From positions 256,001-320,000 of the forward strand of contig JBMNJG010000011.1 in NCBI GenBank assembly GCA_050951545.1: 64,000 nucleotides of DNA. The letters run 5' to 3'. The DNA is from Limnochordia bacterium. GTDB lineage: Bacteria > Bacillota > Limnochordia > DTU080. Shown one piece after another: positions 60,834 through 64,000 of the stretch (position 1 is the first letter of the stretch; each line of letters starts with the position of its first letter). The position numbers and the translations under genes are program-made. The notes under the pieces are model-generated. The model saw only the letters and a program-made list of their open reading frames with translations, was not told the DNA's origin and did not search any database.

Positions 60834-61543
60834 GAACACTGGGTCTGGATACTTCCACGTCGAGTGGAGGAGCTGCTCTGCTGGTTGACGGCGTGGCTCG
60901 CAGCGAGTGCTCGTTTAACATGGGTGCTGTGCATTCCGAGCGTCTGTTGCCAACTATCGAGCATGTGATGCGCGATGCCAACACTACGGGCGACGAGCTT
61001 GATGTCATTGCTGTGACAGTAGGCCCGGGGTCCTTTACTGGTCTGCGTGTGGGAGTGACCACCGCCAAAGTCTTAGCCTACGGATGGAAGAAGCCTATAG
61101 TGCCAGTGAACACTCTTGAAGCGTTGGCCTGGCAGGTCGCTGGGCTGACTGGCCTAGTGGTTGCAGCGCTCAACGCCCGACGGGGTACAGCCTATGCGGC
61201 TGTGTATCGGGTGACGGCGGGAGCTAGCTCGCCCCCAGTTGTGGTGCATCCCCCAGATAACCTCCCGATGAGTCGGTTGCTGGATGAACTAGCGGATGTC
61301 AAGGAGTCCGTAGCCGTTGTTGGAGACGGACGGGCAGTCTTCTCGGAAATGATAGAAGCCTCTCTCGGTGAGCGCTGGTTACGCTTGCCCAGTGTGGCAG
61401 AGACACTTCGGCCAGCGAGTGTGGCTTCTCTAGGGAGTCTCTACTTTGAGCAAGGTGTACGCGTGAGTCCCTTCTCGCTATTGCCGACTTACCTGAGGAA
61501 AGCGGAGGCGGAGAGAAAGTGGGAAAAAGCGCACCGCCCATAG
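60830..61543 (+). CDS. tsaB: tRNA t6A biosynthesis protein TsaB
   Basis: LDTST, HSERLLP, GPGSFTGLRVG. Confidence 0.95.
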   Translation: MRTLGLDTSTSSGGAALLVDGVARSECSFNMGAVHSERLLPTIEHVMRDANTTGDELDVIAVTVGPGSFTGLRVGVTTAKVLAYGWKKPIVPVNTLEALAWQVAGLTGLVVAALNARRGTAYAAVYRVTAGASSPPVVVHPPDNLPMSRLLDELADVKESVAVVGDGRAVFSEMIEASLGERWLRLPSVAETLRPASVASLGSLYFEQGVRVSPFSLLPTYLRKAEAERKWEKAHRP

Positions 61544-62013
61544 CTATTGAACCGATGCGCCTGCGGGATCTACCCGATATTCTCAGGATTGAGAAGCTCT
61601 CGTTTACTACACCTTGGTCTAAGAACGCGTTCCTGTCGGAGCTGCTGGAGAACGATCGCGCGTTCTACCTTGTGGCCAGGATAGGGGAGCAAGCTGTTGG
61701 TTATGTGGGGGTGTGGTTGGTAGCGGGCGAGGGGCATATCACAAACGTAGCCGTACATCCGGGTTTCCGTCAGCGAGGGATCGGACGTCAGCTTATGCTG
61801 GCCATTGAGCAGCTAGCCAAGGAACGCCGAGCCCAACGGATGACGCTTGAGGTGCGTAGGTCAAACGCCGTTGCCCAGGGACTGTATCGCCAGTTAGGTT
61901 ATGTGGGAGCGGGATATCGGCGCGGCTACTATCGCGACAACAACGAGGATGCCTTGATCATGTGGAAGGAACTCTGGTATGATCTTAGTCTAGGTCCGGA
62001 GGAGAGCCAGTGA
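61519..62013 (+). CDS. rimI: RimI-type N-acetyltransferase
   Basis: HITNVAVHP, TLEVRRSN, YYRDNNEDALIM. Confidence 0.93.
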   Translation: MGKSAPPIAIEPMRLRDLPDILRIEKLSFTTPWSKNAFLSELLENDRAFYLVARIGEQAVGYVGVWLVAGEGHITNVAVHPGFRQRGIGRQLMLAIEQLAKERRAQRMTLEVRRSNAVAQGLYRQLGYVGAGYRRGYYRDNNEDALIMWKELWYDLSLGPEESQ

Positions 62014-63014
62014 AAGAGCTGGTCTTGGGAATAGAGTCGAGTTGTGACGAGACTGCGGCGAGTGTGGTGGCCGGAGGCAGACGCATTTTGTCAAATACCG
62101 TGGCCTCTCAGGTGAGTCTCCACCAGCGGTATGGTGGCGTAGTCCCCGAGATCGCCAGCCGCCGCCATGTGGAGCTCATTTTGCCAGTGATCGACACGGC
62201 ATTGCAGGAAGCTGACGTGGATATGGCGCAGGTGGCAGCCATCGCGGTCACGTACGGACCAGGGTTGGTGGGCAGCTTGCTGGTGGGTCTATCTGCGGCT
62301 AAGGCACTGGCTCTTGTCTCTGGCAAGCCCTTGGTGGGTGTCAACCATGTTGAGGCCCATATCTATGCCAACTTCATCGCTCATCCCGAACTGCAGCCGC
62401 CACTGGTTTGCCTCACGGTCTCCGGTGGACATACCGACTTGCTCTACATTCCTGAACCCGGTGCCTACACTATCTTGGGACGTACGCGGGATGATGCCGC
62501 TGGCGAGGCCTTTGACAAGGTGGGGCGGGTGATGGGTCTTCTGTACCCGGCGGGTCCGGAGATTGATGCGCTGGCGCTGCATGGCAATCCTGCTGCTGTT
62601 GCCTTGCCGCGGGGACTGACCGAGGGCCTTGATTTCAGTTTCAGCGGACTGAAGACCGCAGCGATCAATGCTTTGCACAACGCAGAGCAGAGGGGCGAAG
62701 AAATAGTCCGTGCGGATTTCGCGGCCAGCTTGCAGGAGGCGATTGTGGATGTGTTGGTAGACAAGACCATGCGTGCCGCGCACCAGACTGATGTGCCAAC
62801 GATCATCATTTCGGGCGGCGTCGCAGCAAACAGCCGACTTCGCCAGCGTCTAGGGCAGAGTGCCACTGCAGAAGGCTATCGTTTTTTCTATCCGCCAGCT
62901 GAGCTCTGTACCGATAACGCGGCGATGGTGGCTAGTGCAGGATTCTTTCGCTGGCAGCGAGGAGCAAGCGACCCGCTATCCCTCAATGTTGAGCCGGGGC
63001 TGCGCCTTAGTTGA
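62010..63014 (+). CDS. tsaD: tRNA N6-threonylcarbamoyltransferase TsaD
   Basis: GIESSCDET, GGVVPEIASRRH, SGGHT, DDAAGEAFDK, CTDNAAMV. Confidence 0.97.
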   Translation: MKELVLGIESSCDETAASVVAGGRRILSNTVASQVSLHQRYGGVVPEIASRRHVELILPVIDTALQEADVDMAQVAAIAVTYGPGLVGSLLVGLSAAKALALVSGKPLVGVNHVEAHIYANFIAHPELQPPLVCLTVSGGHTDLLYIPEPGAYTILGRTRDDAAGEAFDKVGRVMGLLYPAGPEIDALALHGNPAAVALPRGLTEGLDFSFSGLKTAAINALHNAEQRGEEIVRADFAASLQEAIVDVLVDKTMRAAHQTDVPTIIISGGVAANSRLRQRLGQSATAEGYRFFYPPAELCTDNAAMVASAGFFRWQRGASDPLSLNVEPGLRLS

Positions 63015-63099
63015 CAAGCCTAAGAAGGGCTTTGGGTCTACGCGTGGAACTTTTCACTGTTAGTGCTAGTGCATGATCCGCAGGAGGAGGAAAGCGACT

Positions 63100-64000
63100 A
63101 TGCCATCCCGTGCCGACAGCATGGGGCTGTTGGGAACTGAAACCGCCTTTGAGGTGCTTGCGGAGGTTCAGAAGCTCGAAGCGCAAGGACGCGAGATCGT
63201 GAGCTTTGCCATAGGCGAGCCTGATTTTGATACCCCCGAGAATATCAAAGAGATGGGTATCGAAGCTATCCGCAACAATCAGACCCATTACAGTCCCTCC
63301 GCCGGCCTGATGCCTCTTCGGGAGGCGATTGCTAACCATGTGGGGCAGACGCGCCGCACAAGGGTCGATCCCGAAGAAGTGGTGGTCACCCCAGGGGGCA
63401 AACCCATCATGTTCCACAGCATCTTGGCCACGGTAAATCCAGGCGACGAAGTGATCTATCCTAACCCGGGCTATCCCATCTACGAATCAGTGATTCGCTT
63501 CATCGGTGCCAAGCCTGTTCCGCTATCGCTAGACGAAGAGCGAGGCTTTTCGTTTGATGCCGATGAGCTACGGGCTAAGGTCGGTCCGAAGACGGCAATG
63601 ATCATTCTCAACTCGCCGCACAATCCGACCGGGGGTATTTTCCGACAGAGCGACCTCGAAGCCGTTGCTGAGATGGCGTTGCGCTATGATTGCTGGGTGC
63701 TCTCTGACGAGATATACTCGCGCATCGTCTTTGACGGTGAAGTGTATAGCATCTCATCCCTTCCCGACATGAAGCATCGCACCATTATTCTTGACGGTTT
63801 CTCGAAAACCTATTCTATGACTGGTTGGCGTCTGGGATATGGTGTTATGCCCAAGTCGTTGGCAGTGGATGTGACTCGTTTGGTCACAAACGTTGAGTCG
63901 TGTACGGCCACCTTTGTGCAGCTGGCTGGCATCGAAGCTCTCACTGGCCCCCAAGATGCTGTGCATCGAATGGTAGCTGAGTTCAAGGCACGCCGCAATC
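63100..64000 (+). CDS. PLP-dependent class I/II aminotransferase, 3'-truncated
   Basis: ATG 63100 after AGGAGG; IGEPDFDTP, NSPHNPTG, SDEIY, FSKTYSMTGWRLG. Confidence 0.92.
   Translation, partial: MPSRADSMGLLGTETAFEVLAEVQKLEAQGREIVSFAIGEPDFDTPENIKEMGIEAIRNNQTHYSPSAGLMPLREAIANHVGQTRRTRVDPEEVVVTPGGKPIMFHSILATVNPGDEVIYPNPGYPIYESVIRFIGAKPVPLSLDEERGFSFDADELRAKVGPKTAMIILNSPHNPTGGIFRQSDLEAVAEMALRYDCWVLSDEIYSRIVFDGEVYSISSLPDMKHRTIILDGFSKTYSMTGWRLGYGVMPKSLAVDVTRLVTNVESCTATFVQLAGIEALTGPQDAVHRMVAEFKARRN

Noticed and set aside
1-64000. CRISPR arrays, tRNA/rRNA genes, IS elements, inteins and the many antisense or alternate-frame ORFs
   Set aside because: No periodic repeats, transposase motifs or inserts in secA/uvr were seen; shadow ORFs are expected at this GC content and overlap well-supported genes

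Overview
A 64 kb stretch of core chromosome, moderately GC-rich, from a Bacillota-type bacterium. The gene order (comF-csrA-hpf-secA-prfB, ctpA-minJ-like-uvrBAC-yvlD-like, ndoAI-ndoA, tsaEB-rimI-tsaD) combined with outer-membrane beta-barrel-like proteins suggests a diderm lineage such as Limnochordia (inference). In order, it carries: the end of an ATPase-less carbohydrate ABC cluster with NHL/TPR/Yip1 and DUF5696 genes, a panG-like/panBCD operon fused to sugar-kinase genes, an apparently catalytically dead GH38, comFA-comFC, an orphan csrA, a raiA-motif ncRNA, hpf, secA, frameshifted prfB, a DUF2993-DUF5693-csaB-tagA cell-envelope cluster, uvrBAC with an SOS box, a DUF2089 operon, three tandem paralogous barrel-like proteins followed by msmX, a MazEF pair and the t6A genes. 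I saw no CRISPR array, tRNA, rRNA or transposase. The most unusual signal is a 25-35 nt sequence repeated just upstream of the ribosome-binding sites of three unrelated genes (comFA, DUF2089, a receiver protein coupled to tsaE). It is loosely complementary to part of the raiA RNA. All family assignments come from motif recognition by eye, not from database searches.
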